From positions 16,494 to 80,493 of the forward strand of contig JBDXAK010000002.1 of assembly GCA_039981375.1 (NCBI GenBank): 64,000 bases of DNA, written 5' to 3'. A model generated the notes under the pieces. That model did not search any database, was not told the origin of the DNA, and saw only the letters and a list, made by a program, of their open reading frames with translations. The first letter of the stretch is position 1. Every line of letters starts with the position of its first letter. This document shows positions 18,278-28,220 of this stretch, in pieces. The position numbers were made by a program, and so were the translations under genes. The DNA comes from Gilvibacter sp. (GTDB taxonomy: Bacteria > Bacteroidota > Bacteroidia > Flavobacteriales > Flavobacteriaceae).

Positions 18278-21037
18278 ATGAAGAAACAATTCTTTATAGT
18301 TCTCGTATTGTCTTTACTCGGCCTAAATGCCATGGGACAAACAGTAAAAGTGAGAGGGGTTATTAAAGATAGTGTAGGGGCTCCACTCGAATTGGCAAAT
18401 ATTATCGCTACCATTAAAGCCACTGGCGAAATTGAGTCGTATTCTATTACCAATCACGAAGGTAGATACCAAATGGATTTACCGGTGAATAATACATACA
18501 TTCTTAAAGCTAGTTTCTTAGGCCTCAAAAATGAGGAGATAGAGATTACAGTTCCAGAAAATTCAGATGACTTACAGCGCGATGTAACGCTTATGCCTTT
18601 GGCCAACGAACTAGAAGGTGTTGAGTTGGTATACGAAATGCCAGTTTCTGTGCGCGGCGATACTATCGTCTATAATGCAGACTCATTTACCTCAGGGAAC
18701 GAGCGAAAGCTCGAGGATGTGATGAAAAAACTCCCCGGGATAGAAGTTAACGACGACGGAGAGATAGAGGTAGAGGGTAAAACCGTGAGCAAAGTAATGG
18801 TAGAGGGCAAGGACTTTTTTGATGGCGACAGTAAGCTGGCTACGAAAAACATTCCTGCAGATGCGGTAGATAAGGTTCAAGTTCTTAGAAACTACAATGA
18901 GGTTGATCAAATGCGTGGTTTGGGGAACGATCAAGATAATATTGCTATTAATATTAAGCTTAAAGAGGGAAAAAAGAACTTCTGGTTTGGAGAAGTTACC
19001 GCAGGTATTGGATTTGATCCTAGCGAAGATGTAAAAACCTTGTTGCACCCTAAATTGTTTTTTTATAGTCCTAAATACAGTTTGAATATCATTACAGATT
19101 TTAACGATATCGGAGAAGTACCCTTCACTTTTAGAGACTACTTTAATTTTACTGGCGGATTTAGAAACTTTAACCAAGGCGGAGGAACCAGCTTTAATAT
19201 TAGCGAAAGCGATTTAGGTTTTGCCATTGGCCAAAATAACCGTGCCAGTAAAATAGAAACCTCGTTTTTAGCGGCTAACTTTAGTTGGGCAGCTGGCGAT
19301 AATTTAGACATAAGTGGATTTTCAATTTTGTCTGACAATCGTACTAGTTATATTACCAATACTATTCGGTCTTATATTCAAAGTAGGTCTACAGAGACTA
19401 CTAACAATCAAGAAGACCAGCGTTCACAATTGGGAATGGTTAAGTTGAGTGGAGTTTACAAGCCTAGCACAAACTTTCAGATGGACTACGATGTACTTTT
19501 AAAAGGCTCTAAGCAGACAGAAAATGGTAATTTGACATCTACGGTAAACGACAATCCTAATAGAATCGAAGAAGACTTAGAAAACACACCTTTCTCGATC
19601 AATCAAAATGTGAATACCTACTATACGCTAAACGATAAAAACATTTTTGCAGGACAGCTGCAGCATCTTTACAATAACGAAGATCCGTTTTATCGAGCTA
19701 TCCAGGATTCAATTCCATTTAGAGGCGTGTTTACACAAATCAACCCTACGGCTCCATTTGATTCTAGTCAAGACATCTATGATCCTTTACAGCAACAGAG
19801 TCGTTACGATATAAATCAAGACAAACGTGTTAAGACCAATAAAGTAGACGCAAAAGTAGATTACTACTATGTAATCAATAACAAGAGCAACCTAAATCTT
19901 ACCCTTGGGACTACTCAAAGTGTACAGGATTTTAATTCTGGAATTTTTCAGCGTCTAGCTGTTGCAGGAGCACCGGTTAGTTTTGACGATAACGCCTTTA
20001 ACAACGACGTGAGATTTAACTTTAGCGATATATTTTTAGGAGTACACTATAAATTTAAAGCTGGAATTTTTACAGTCACCCCAGGGGCGACTTTGCATAA
20101 TTACGATGTAAAAAGCGAGCAATTAGGCAGCACAACCCAAACAAACGATTGGTTAGTATTGCCAGATGCCAATGTGATTATTGAGCTTAAAAAGAGTGAA
20201 AACATTCGATTAAACTATCGTATCTCTGCTCAATATACCGATGTAAATAATTTCGCCGAAGGCTATGTGTTTAATAACTATAACCGCCTTTTTAGAGGAA
20301 ACAGAAACCTAGAAAATGCGTTCTCGCATAATTATACCTTGAGTTACTTTAGTTTTAATATGTTTAATTATACAAACATTAGCGGCTTTGTTAATTACAC
20401 CAGACGTACCGATGCGATAAAAACAGATACAGATATCGCAGGTATTACACAGGTGTCTAGCCCTATTAATCTTGCGAGTAACTTCGCAGACGAAACCCTC
20501 TCAGGAAACGTTCGCTTTAGTAAGAACATAAAGAAGATTCGTTTAAGCGCTGGAGCCAATGTATCTTGGAGTAGCTTTAACAACGTCGTGAACGACGAGG
20601 TTAGAATCAGTGAGAGTTTGACGCAAAACTATAATGCAAGTGTTCGTACTAGTTTTAGAGAATGGCCAAACCTTGAGGTGGGGTATCGTATGACTATTAA
20701 TAACTACGACAACGCAGGGTTCGAACAGACCTTCTTTACAGATCGTCCTTATCTAAAATTTGACGCTCAATTTTTACAAGACTTTACTGTAACTGCTGAC
20801 TGGGATTTTTATAAATACACAGACAAAGCAGAAACCATAGAAAACGAGTATTCTTTCTTAGGAGCAAGCTTGTATTATCGTGAGCAGGATAGCAAATGGG
20901 AGTATCAAATTCAGGCGACTAACTTGCTTAACGTTGACTTTATAAACAACGATAGCTTTAATGAGAATTTTAACTCGACATCTCAGTTTGAGGTACTGCC
21001 CAGAATTGTGATGTTTATCGTGAAATATAATCTTTAG
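18278..21037 (+). CDS. large outer-membrane beta-barrel / TonB-dependent-receptor-like protein with carboxypeptidase-regulatory-like domain
   Basis: Signal peptide, VRGVIKDSVGAPLELANI domain, plug-like GDTIVYNADSF...LEDVMKKLPGIEV, alternating beta-strands, and C-terminal VKYNL. Confidence 0.85.
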   Translation: MKKQFFIVLVLSLLGLNAMGQTVKVRGVIKDSVGAPLELANIIATIKATGEIESYSITNHEGRYQMDLPVNNTYILKASFLGLKNEEIEITVPENSDDLQRDVTLMPLANELEGVELVYEMPVSVRGDTIVYNADSFTSGNERKLEDVMKKLPGIEVNDDGEIEVEGKTVSKVMVEGKDFFDGDSKLATKNIPADAVDKVQVLRNYNEVDQMRGLGNDQDNIAINIKLKEGKKNFWFGEVTAGIGFDPSEDVKTLLHPKLFFYSPKYSLNIITDFNDIGEVPFTFRDYFNFTGGFRNFNQGGGTSFNISESDLGFAIGQNNRASKIETSFLAANFSWAAGDNLDISGFSILSDNRTSYITNTIRSYIQSRSTETTNNQEDQRSQLGMVKLSGVYKPSTNFQMDYDVLLKGSKQTENGNLTSTVNDNPNRIEEDLENTPFSINQNVNTYYTLNDKNIFAGQLQHLYNNEDPFYRAIQDSIPFRGVFTQINPTAPFDSSQDIYDPLQQQSRYDINQDKRVKTNKVDAKVDYYYVINNKSNLNLTLGTTQSVQDFNSGIFQRLAVAGAPVSFDDNAFNNDVRFNFSDIFLGVHYKFKAGIFTVTPGATLHNYDVKSEQLGSTTQTNDWLVLPDANVIIELKKSENIRLNYRISAQYTDVNNFAEGYVFNNYNRLFRGNRNLENAFSHNYTLSYFSFNMFNYTNISGFVNYTRRTDAIKTDTDIAGITQVSSPINLASNFADETLSGNVRFSKNIKKIRLSAGANVSWSSFNNVVNDEVRISESLTQNYNASVRTSFREWPNLEVGYRMTINNYDNAGFEQTFFTDRPYLKFDAQFLQDFTVTADWDFYKYTDKAETIENEYSFLGASLYYREQDSKWEYQIQATNLLNVDFINNDSFNENFNSTSQFEVLPRIVMFIVKYNL

Positions 21038-21052
21038 TAAAAACGTGATATA

Positions 21053-21087
21053 ATAAAAAAAGGGAGCCCATGGCTCCCTTTTTTTAT
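21053..21087. terminator. bidirectional intrinsic terminator
   Basis: ATAAAAAAAGGGAGCC cat GGCTCCCTTTTTTTAT between the convergent barrel gene and metK. Confidence 0.9.
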
Positions 21088-21103
21088 GTTTGAGTTTGAG
21101 AAT

Positions 21104-22360
21104 TTAAATATTAAATGCTGACTTTACTTGGTCTACAAAATCTAGTTTTTCCCAAGTAAATAGTTCTACCACTTTTTCTACTTTGCCAGAATAAGGGCTG
21201 TCAAAAACTTTGGTTACTGTTCTTGGAGTACGCCCCATATGGCCATAGGCCGCAGTTTCTGAATACATAGGGTTGCGCAATTTTAGGCGAGACTCTATAG
21301 AGGCAGGTCGCATGTCAAAAATACCTTTTACAATTTCTGCGATTTGGCCATCTGTTAAATCGACCTTGGCCGTGCCATAAGTATCTACAAATATAGAGGT
21401 GGGTTCTACCACACCAATAGCATAAGATACCTGCACTAGGGCTTCTTCTGCAACGCCTGCAGCTACAATGTTCTTGGCAATATGTCTGGCGGCATAAGCG
21501 GCACTTCTGTCTACCTTACTTGGGTCTTTACCAGAAAATGCGCCACCTCCGTGGGCTCCTTTTCCGCCATAGGTGTCTACAATAATTTTACGACCTGTAA
21601 GGCCAGTGTCTCCGTGCGGGCCACCAATGACAAACTTACCCGTTGGATTGATATGATATACAATCTCGTCGTTAAATAGCTGCTGAACGTATTCAGGTAG
21701 CTTGGCCTTAACTCTTGGGATTAATATCTCGATAATATCTTTATTGATTTTGGCTAGCATGGCATCGTCTGTTGCCATAAACTCGTCGTGTTGTGTAGAT
21801 ACAACGATGGCATCGATTCGCTGCGGAACATTGTCGTCGCTATACTCTATAGTTACTTGACTCTTAGAGTCTGGTCTTAGGTAAGTAATCTCGTTGTTTT
21901 CACGACGCAAGGCCGCTAATTCTATTAGAATAGAGTGCGAGATCTCTAAGGCCAAAGGCATATAATTTTTGGTCTCGCTGGTAGCATACCCAAACATCAT
22001 TCCTTGGTCTCCCGCTCCTTGTTGCTCTTTGTCTTCCCGATCTACTCCTTGATTGATATCTTGTGATTGTTCGTGAATAAGAGAAATTACGCCACAAGAG
22101 TCTCCGCTAAATTGATAGGCTCCTTTGGTATAGCCAATTTTATTTATCACATCTCGAGCAATTTGCTGCACATCCAAATAAGTGCTGCTTTTAACCTCTC
22201 CAGCCAACACAACTTGTCCTGTGGTAACTAAGGTTTCGCAGGCTACTTTAGAAGATGGGTCAAAGGCTAAAAAATTGTCTAACAGCGCATCGCTAATTTG
22301 ATCTGAAATTTTGTCTGGATGTCCTTCTGATACACTTTCAGAAGTAAATAAATAGGCCAT
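21104..22360 (-). CDS. metK: S-adenosylmethionine synthetase
   Basis: [46 protein letters not shown] and [16 protein letters not shown] motifs. Confidence 0.98.
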   Translation of the reverse strand: MAYLFTSESVSEGHPDKISDQISDALLDNFLAFDPSSKVACETLVTTGQVVLAGEVKSSTYLDVQQIARDVINKIGYTKGAYQFSGDSCGVISLIHEQSQDINQGVDREDKEQQGAGDQGMMFGYATSETKNYMPLALEISHSILIELAALRRENNEITYLRPDSKSQVTIEYSDDNVPQRIDAIVVSTQHDEFMATDDAMLAKINKDIIEILIPRVKAKLPEYVQQLFNDEIVYHINPTGKFVIGGPHGDTGLTGRKIIVDTYGGKGAHGGGAFSGKDPSKVDRSAAYAARHIAKNIVAAGVAEEALVQVSYAIGVVEPTSIFVDTYGTAKVDLTDGQIAEIVKGIFDMRPASIESRLKLRNPMYSETAAYGHMGRTPRTVTKVFDSPYSGKVEKVVELFTWEKLDFVDQVKSAFNI

Positions 22361-22536
22361 ATATAGTATTTTGCTCCGGTTGCCTTTCTAAGACTCTCTT
22401 TTATCAAAAGCCTTACAGAATAAAGCGAAAAAAAGAATTTTTTGCTTTAGAGGCAAGCGCTCAAAAATACGCATAATATTAAAACTTTAAAACTGCAAGC
22501 CCAGGTTAATTTAGACTCAAATAAGGCATTAAAGCT

Positions 22537-23451
22537 CTAAAATATACTCGCCTTTTTATAGGCGTCAATTACCGCTTGTTCGCCTTCTTTGCCAGGTTTA
22601 GAATTGCCATGTTCCATGCCAAGTACGCCTTTAAAACCACGGCCGTGAATGTATTTAAATACATTGTTGTAGTTAATTTCGCCTGTTCCGGGTTCTTTGC
22701 GACCAGGATTGTCGCCAATCTGGAAATAGGCAATTTCGTCCCAGCACGCTTCAATATTTGGAATCAAATTTCCTTCTTGAATCTGCTGATGATAAATATC
22801 GAACAAGATTTTACAGGAGGGCGAATCTACCGCCTTACAAATCTGATAGGCATGAGGCGATTCTGCCAAGAACATTCCAGGATGATTTCTAAAATTTAGC
22901 GGTTCAAGCACCATCACTAAGCCATGAGGCTCTAATATGGCAGCTGCTTGTTTGAGTGTTTCTACCACATTGGCCGTTTGGTAGTCTGGCGCCAAACGCA
23001 AATCTACATGACCAGGTACCACTGTCATCCATTTGGCCCCAATGCGTTTTGCAACGGTAATAGAATCCTTAATGTCATTTAAAAACTCTTCGCGATATTT
23101 AGGGTCACCACTGGCCAAATTTGGTTCGCGCCAATAGATATTATGCGCCACAAAAACACCCATAGTCATTCCGCGTTTTTGCATTAAGGCCGCCATAGCT
23201 TCTTGCGTTTCCACTGACCTGCTTTTGAGTTCGTTGTCTTCGAAGGCAGTAAACCCTTGATCGGCCATAAATTTTAATTGCTCTAGTATATCGTCTCCAG
23301 CGGTTTCTTTAAACATGCCATCGTGAGGTGCAAATTGTAGTGGATACAAATGCGTTGATGAAAACATTGTTGCAGCTTTTGCCTTAGGGCCGATAAGCGA
23401 AGCGCCCACCGAAGCGAGCGCCATATTGCCAATAAATTTACGTCTGTTCAT
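22537..23451 (-). CDS. Tat-exported xylose-isomerase-like TIM barrel (hydroxypyruvate isomerase family)
   Basis: Tat signal MNRRKFI; metal-binding pattern LEPLN, FDIYH, QIGD, GRKEPGTGEINY and MEH. Confidence 0.85.
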   Translation of the reverse strand: MNRRKFIGNMALASVGASLIGPKAKAATMFSSTHLYPLQFAPHDGMFKETAGDDILEQLKFMADQGFTAFEDNELKSRSVETQEAMAALMQKRGMTMGVFVAHNIYWREPNLASGDPKYREEFLNDIKDSITVAKRIGAKWMTVVPGHVDLRLAPDYQTANVVETLKQAAAILEPHGLVMVLEPLNFRNHPGMFLAESPHAYQICKAVDSPSCKILFDIYHQQIQEGNLIPNIEACWDEIAYFQIGDNPGRKEPGTGEINYNNVFKYIHGRGFKGVLGMEHGNSKPGKEGEQAVIDAYKKASIF

Positions 23452-23461
23452 AATACTCAGA

Positions 23462-24082
23462 TTATAGCGACCATTTTTTTCCGCCCGTTAACTCCTGTAA
23501 GTCACCACAAATGTAGTCGCCAGGATATGGGTCGTAAGCCAAAACTTTCTCGCCAACTTGTTCGCTGTTCAAATAGGCATTTATAGTCATGTATTTGATT
23601 TCTTTCAAAAACTTAGATTCAGAAATAGGTTCATCGTGTTCGAAAGGTTCGAACTGATTGTTTGTTCCAGGAGGATCCGGCAATTCGTCTTTAGGATCTA
23701 GCATGCCATTGTCTAACAAAGCTGTGTAGTTTTCTACGGTCCATTTACTGGCATCTTCGCCATGGTCTGCTACCATTTTTGTTTTGATTCTGCCAAAGGC
23801 ATCTTTTAACTTGGCCTTATACTTAACCGTAGATACTTGATCCCAATACATATCGATAAATTCTACCACGTTTACATCGCTCGCTCCAGGAGTGTCTTCT
23901 GTTTTAGGTAAAATTATATCGGCCAATTGAGCAACCATATCTGCTTCGTCTTGAGCCATAAAAGTAGGCTTCCAACCCTCGGGGTCAGAAGTACAGCTTT
24001 GCAGCATGTTTAAAAGTGCTGGTGACGCCACGACAACGCCAGTAGAAATTCCTAAATGTTTTAATGCTTCTCTTCTTTTCAT
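23462..24082 (-). CDS. gluconate 2-dehydrogenase subunit 3 family protein (Tat, probable lipoprotein)
   Basis: MKRREAL twin-arginine, LQSC lipobox, ADIILPKTEDTPGASDVNVVEFID and LAYDPYPG motifs; lies directly after the GMC gene. Confidence 0.85.
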   Translation of the reverse strand: MKRREALKHLGISTGVVVASPALLNMLQSCTSDPEGWKPTFMAQDEADMVAQLADIILPKTEDTPGASDVNVVEFIDMYWDQVSTVKYKAKLKDAFGRIKTKMVADHGEDASKWTVENYTALLDNGMLDPKDELPDPPGTNNQFEPFEHDEPISESKFLKEIKYMTINAYLNSEQVGEKVLAYDPYPGDYICGDLQELTGGKKWSL

Positions 24083-24092
24083 GACACCGTTT

Positions 24093-25808
24093 TTAACTGT
24101 TCATTTTTTTAAATTGCTCGGCAGCATGATTCGCCGCACGCGCTGTAAAGGCCATATATCCGAGTGATGGGTTATGGCAACCCGCCGATGTCATAAACGA
24201 CCCATCGGTTACATACACATTCTTACAGGTATGTACTTGGTTCCATTCATTGAGTACAGAGGTCTTAGGGTCGCGTCCCATACGGGCGGTTCCCATTTCG
24301 TGAATTCCGAGTCCCATTCCACCAATGTCGTCGTACGGTGTGATATCTGTAAAGCCACCCGCTTCTAGCATTTTTATGGCTTGCTCCTGCATGTCTTTAC
24401 GCATCGCAATTTCGTTGGGGCCAAAGTCTGCGTCAAATACAACCGTTGGTAATCCCCACTCGTCAAGATTTTCGTAATCTAGATACATTCTATTGCTGTG
24501 GTCAGGTAATGTCTCTCCAAAGGCCAATAAGTTCATTCTCCACTCTTGTGGCTTTAAGATGAGGTCTTTGAGTTCTGGGCCGTATTTTAGTTCGGCAATC
24601 TGCTCTCCAGTACCACCTCTATTGGCGCCACCTTGATATCCATAGCCTCTTTTAAAGTCGGGCGAATCGGTTTTACCTCCTAAGTTTCTAAACCTCGGAA
24701 TATAAATTCCATTTGCACGACGGCCTTTAAAATATTTGTCTTCAAACCCTTTTGGTGCTGTCCCGACGGCTCCCACTCTAAAGTGATGATCCATTATATT
24801 GTGTCCTAACTCGCCGCTATCGTTACCTAATCCATTTGGGAATCGGTCAGACTTGGATTGCATCAAAATAGAAGTAGATGCAATCGCAGAGGCACATAAA
24901 AAGACAATACTGGCCTCAAACTCCAGTTTCTCTTTGGTTTCTGTATCGATGATTTTAACACCTGTGGCCTGTTGAGTAGCATCGTCATACATCACTTCGT
25001 ATGCGATAGAATTTGGCCTCAGTGTCATGTTTCCTGTCTTTTCTGCTGCAGGCAAGGTACTACTGTTACTGCTAAAGTATGCACCGTAAGGGCAACCACG
25101 CATACAGCGATTTCTGTATTGACAAGTGGTTCTTCCAGCTCCTTCTTTGGTTCCTTCTGTAATATGTGCCGTGCGCCCAATCATAAGTGTACGGTCGTCA
25201 AATTCTGTAGACAATACTTCTTTAAGGTGTTCTTCTACACAATTGAGATTCATCGGTTTTAAGAAGTTTCCGTCTGGTAAAATGTCTAAGCCTGCATTTA
25301 CACCACTTACCCCGATATATTCTTCTACCTTGTCATACCAAGGCTTAATGTCTTTGTATCGAACGGGCCAATCTACGGCGATACCTTCTTTTTTATTGGC
25401 TTCAAAATCTATGTCTCCCATTCGGTAACTCTGTCGCCCCCACATGAGTGAGCGTCCACCCACATGATAGCCTCGTATCCAGTCAAAACGACGGTCCTCT
25501 TTATAAGGGTGCTTTTGGTCGTCTACAAAAAAGTGCTGTCGTGCTTCGTGCGTAACATAACCGGTTCGATGCTGTTTGAATTTTTTTATTCGCGTCTCGC
25601 GAGTGGTCGTTCCACCATTGGGGAGGTCCCAAGGGTCAAGGTTTGCAGTAGGGTAATCGCCATGCTTTACCATGCGACCACGCTCTAATACTAAGGTTTT
25701 AAGACCGTTCTCACAAAGTTCTTTGGCAGCCCAGCCACCAGAAATTCCTGTGCCTACAACGATTGCGTCGTATTGGGCATCAGGGTTAGGGAGAAAACAA
25801 CTGTTCAT
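24093..25808 (-). CDS. GMC-family FAD oxidoreductase (glycoside 3-dehydrogenase-like catalytic subunit)
   Basis: GTGISGG FAD motif, VGGRSLMWG, CxxCxxxC-type Fe-S segment (CQYRNRCMRGCP), HEMGTARMG and NPSL. It has no signal peptide of its own. Confidence 0.9.
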   Translation of the reverse strand: MNSCFLPNPDAQYDAIVVGTGISGGWAAKELCENGLKTLVLERGRMVKHGDYPTANLDPWDLPNGGTTTRETRIKKFKQHRTGYVTHEARQHFFVDDQKHPYKEDRRFDWIRGYHVGGRSLMWGRQSYRMGDIDFEANKKEGIAVDWPVRYKDIKPWYDKVEEYIGVSGVNAGLDILPDGNFLKPMNLNCVEEHLKEVLSTEFDDRTLMIGRTAHITEGTKEGAGRTTCQYRNRCMRGCPYGAYFSSNSSTLPAAEKTGNMTLRPNSIAYEVMYDDATQQATGVKIIDTETKEKLEFEASIVFLCASAIASTSILMQSKSDRFPNGLGNDSGELGHNIMDHHFRVGAVGTAPKGFEDKYFKGRRANGIYIPRFRNLGGKTDSPDFKRGYGYQGGANRGGTGEQIAELKYGPELKDLILKPQEWRMNLLAFGETLPDHSNRMYLDYENLDEWGLPTVVFDADFGPNEIAMRKDMQEQAIKMLEAGGFTDITPYDDIGGMGLGIHEMGTARMGRDPKTSVLNEWNQVHTCKNVYVTDGSFMTSAGCHNPSLGYMAFTARAANHAAEQFKKMNS

Positions 25809-25936
25809 TAGTTTGGTTTTTTAATGGGTGTTTAGAAGAAACACGTTATTTTTACAGGGCAACTAAATTAATTATCTTATTCGGAATTTTTCCAATTTAT
25901 TATTGTTAATTTTCCTTTTTTTTCAAAAAATATCTA

Positions 25937-26965
25937 ATGACACAGCAACGATTTTCGTTTAAGATTGCGATTCTCGCAACGACTTTTTGTTTATTCTTAA
26001 ATACTGGATGTAAGCAATCTAGCGAACAAAATACAGCTCCCGATTCAGAAACGAATATGGTTGTAACAGAGTACGAAACGCCTATTGATACAACTCCATG
26101 GAAGCTATCTTTAGCGCAATGGTCTATTCATAGAATGATTCAAGAAGAAGGGGTAGATCCTTTCGACTTTGCGAAGCTTGCTGCAGGCTGGGGGTTTGAA
26201 GGTGTAGAATATGTGAGTCAGCTATACAACGATGCTGTGCAAGAATACGACAGCAAACAAGAAGGCGTCGATGCTGTTATAGCCCGTTTAAAAGAAGAAT
26301 CAGAAAAAGCGGGTGTCACTAACCTATTAATCATGATAGACGGCGAAGGTGATATGGCTGTAAACGATGAGACAGCTCGCGACTTGGCGGTAGCAAACCA
26401 TAAGGTTTGGGTAGATGCAGCAGCGGCTTTAGGGTGTCATTCGATTCGAGTCAATTTGTTTGGATCTATTCTAGGCTCTGAATGGCATACAAATTCTGTT
26501 GATGCGCTCACAAAACTCGGATCGTACGCCAAAGAAAAGAACATCAATGTTTTAGTAGAAAATCATGGATGGTTATCTAGCGATGCCCCACAATTAATGA
26601 AAGTGATTAACGAGGTAGCGATGGACAACGTGGGAACCCTTCCAGATTTCGGAAACTTTTGCTTACAACGTAAAGATGGTTCTAAATGGGGCGAATGCCT
26701 TAAAGAATATCCAGATATTTACCAAGGTGTAAATATAATGATGCCAGCTGCCAAAGCGGTAAGCGCAAAGTCCTATGATTTTGATGCGCTTGGAAACGAG
26801 ACCAAAATAAATTATGCTAAAATGCTTAGAATCGTGAAAGCAAATCGTTACGATGGTTTTATAGGAGTCGAATACGAAGGCACAAGACTGAGCGAAGAAG
26901 ATGGTATTTTGGCCACCAAGAACTTGATCTTAAACGGACCTTTTAAAGCAGAAGAAAATAAATAA
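25937..26965 (+). CDS. sugar-phosphate isomerase/epimerase-like TIM-barrel lipoprotein
   Basis: Lipobox LNTGC; SLAQWS, VLVENHG, LPDFGNF, AKSYDF and IGVEYEG motifs. Confidence 0.85.
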   Translation: MTQQRFSFKIAILATTFCLFLNTGCKQSSEQNTAPDSETNMVVTEYETPIDTTPWKLSLAQWSIHRMIQEEGVDPFDFAKLAAGWGFEGVEYVSQLYNDAVQEYDSKQEGVDAVIARLKEESEKAGVTNLLIMIDGEGDMAVNDETARDLAVANHKVWVDAAAALGCHSIRVNLFGSILGSEWHTNSVDALTKLGSYAKEKNINVLVENHGWLSSDAPQLMKVINEVAMDNVGTLPDFGNFCLQRKDGSKWGECLKEYPDIYQGVNIMMPAAKAVSAKSYDFDALGNETKINYAKMLRIVKANRYDGFIGVEYEGTRLSEEDGILATKNLILNGPFKAEENK

Positions 26966-26976
26966 CCAAACATATT

Positions 26977-28200
26977 ATGAAGCTAAACATACGAGTAAAG
27001 CTGTCGCTAATGATGTTCCTCGAATTCTTTATTTGGGGAGGATGGTTTGTGACTTTAGGAACTTTTTTGGGCAATAATTTAAATGCCGCCGATGGCGAAA
27101 TCGCTCAAGCATTCTCTACCCAATCCTGGGGAGCAATTATCGCACCCTTCATCATAGGGCTTATTGCCGACCGCTTTTTTAATGCCGAACGAATCTTAGG
27201 AGTACTTCATTTGATCGGGGCGTTTTTGATGTATCAGATGTCTAATGCAACAGAATTTGCCGTTTTCTATCCTTACGTATTAGGGTATATGATTGCCTAT
27301 ATGCCAACCTTGGCATTGGTTAATTCGGTCGCCTTTAACCAGATGAGCGACCCGAGTAAAGATTTTCCGTTAGTACGTGTATTTGGTACGGGAGGTTGGA
27401 TTTTTGCCGGCCTTCTTATAAGCTTTTTGGCTTGGGATTCGCCAGAAAACATACAAGAAGGATTGCTTAAGAACACCTTTTTAATGGTAGCAGTTGCTTC
27501 TGCGATATTAGGATTGTTTAGCTTTATTTTACCTAAAACACCACCAAATGCAAAAGGCGAAAAGGCGAGTATTTCAGATATTTTAGGTTTGGATGCACTA
27601 AGTTTATTAAAGGATAGAAACTTTCTGGTGTTCTTTATTTCTTCGGTGTTGATTTGTATTCCATTGGCTTTTTATTATCAAAATTTGAGTCCTTTCTTAA
27701 CCGAATCTCAGGTAGCAAAATCTACAGCATGGGCATCTGCCGGGCAAGTGAGCGAAGTAGTATTTATGCTGCTGTTACCCTTTTTCTTTAAGAAGTTTGG
27801 CTTTAAAAAGACCATTTTAGTAGGTATGCTAGCCTGGGCAGTGCGTTATGTTTTATTTGCCTTTGGCGATGCAGGCGATATGTTCTTTATGATTATCACT
27901 GGTATTATTCTTCACGGAATTTGCTATGACTTCTTTTTTGTATCGGGTCAAATATATACAGACAGCAAGGCTGGAGAAAAAATTAAAAGTGCTGCTCAAG
28001 GTTTAATTACCTTGGCTACCTATGGAGTAGGAATGTTGGTAGGTTTTTATATTGCAGGGCGTATTTCTGATGCCAATCTAATAGGCGATGGCCTTCACGA
28101 TTGGAAACAAATATGGTTGTTCCCAGCGGGATTTGCAGCAGTAGTGCTTGTGATTTTCGCCTTATTATTTAAAAATGAAAAAATTGAATACACCGAATAA
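26977..28200 (+). CDS. MFS permease (nucleoside:H+ symporter-like)
   Basis: 12-TM hydrophobicity pattern; FLEFFIWGGW, RVFGTGGW and LHGICYDFFFV motifs. Confidence 0.88.
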   Translation: MKLNIRVKLSLMMFLEFFIWGGWFVTLGTFLGNNLNAADGEIAQAFSTQSWGAIIAPFIIGLIADRFFNAERILGVLHLIGAFLMYQMSNATEFAVFYPYVLGYMIAYMPTLALVNSVAFNQMSDPSKDFPLVRVFGTGGWIFAGLLISFLAWDSPENIQEGLLKNTFLMVAVASAILGLFSFILPKTPPNAKGEKASISDILGLDALSLLKDRNFLVFFISSVLICIPLAFYYQNLSPFLTESQVAKSTAWASAGQVSEVVFMLLLPFFFKKFGFKKTILVGMLAWAVRYVLFAFGDAGDMFFMIITGIILHGICYDFFFVSGQIYTDSKAGEKIKSAAQGLITLATYGVGMLVGFYIAGRISDANLIGDGLHDWKQIWLFPAGFAAVVLVIFALLFKNEKIEYTE

Positions 28201-28220
28201 CTCACATTAACACATAACGA

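Noticed and set aside
22388-22474. 28-codon uORF upstream of metK (MRIFERLPLKQKILFFALFCKAFDKRES)
   Set aside because: Its ATG lies upstream of the predicted -7 box and it has no Met or Cys control-codon run, so it is probably incidental.
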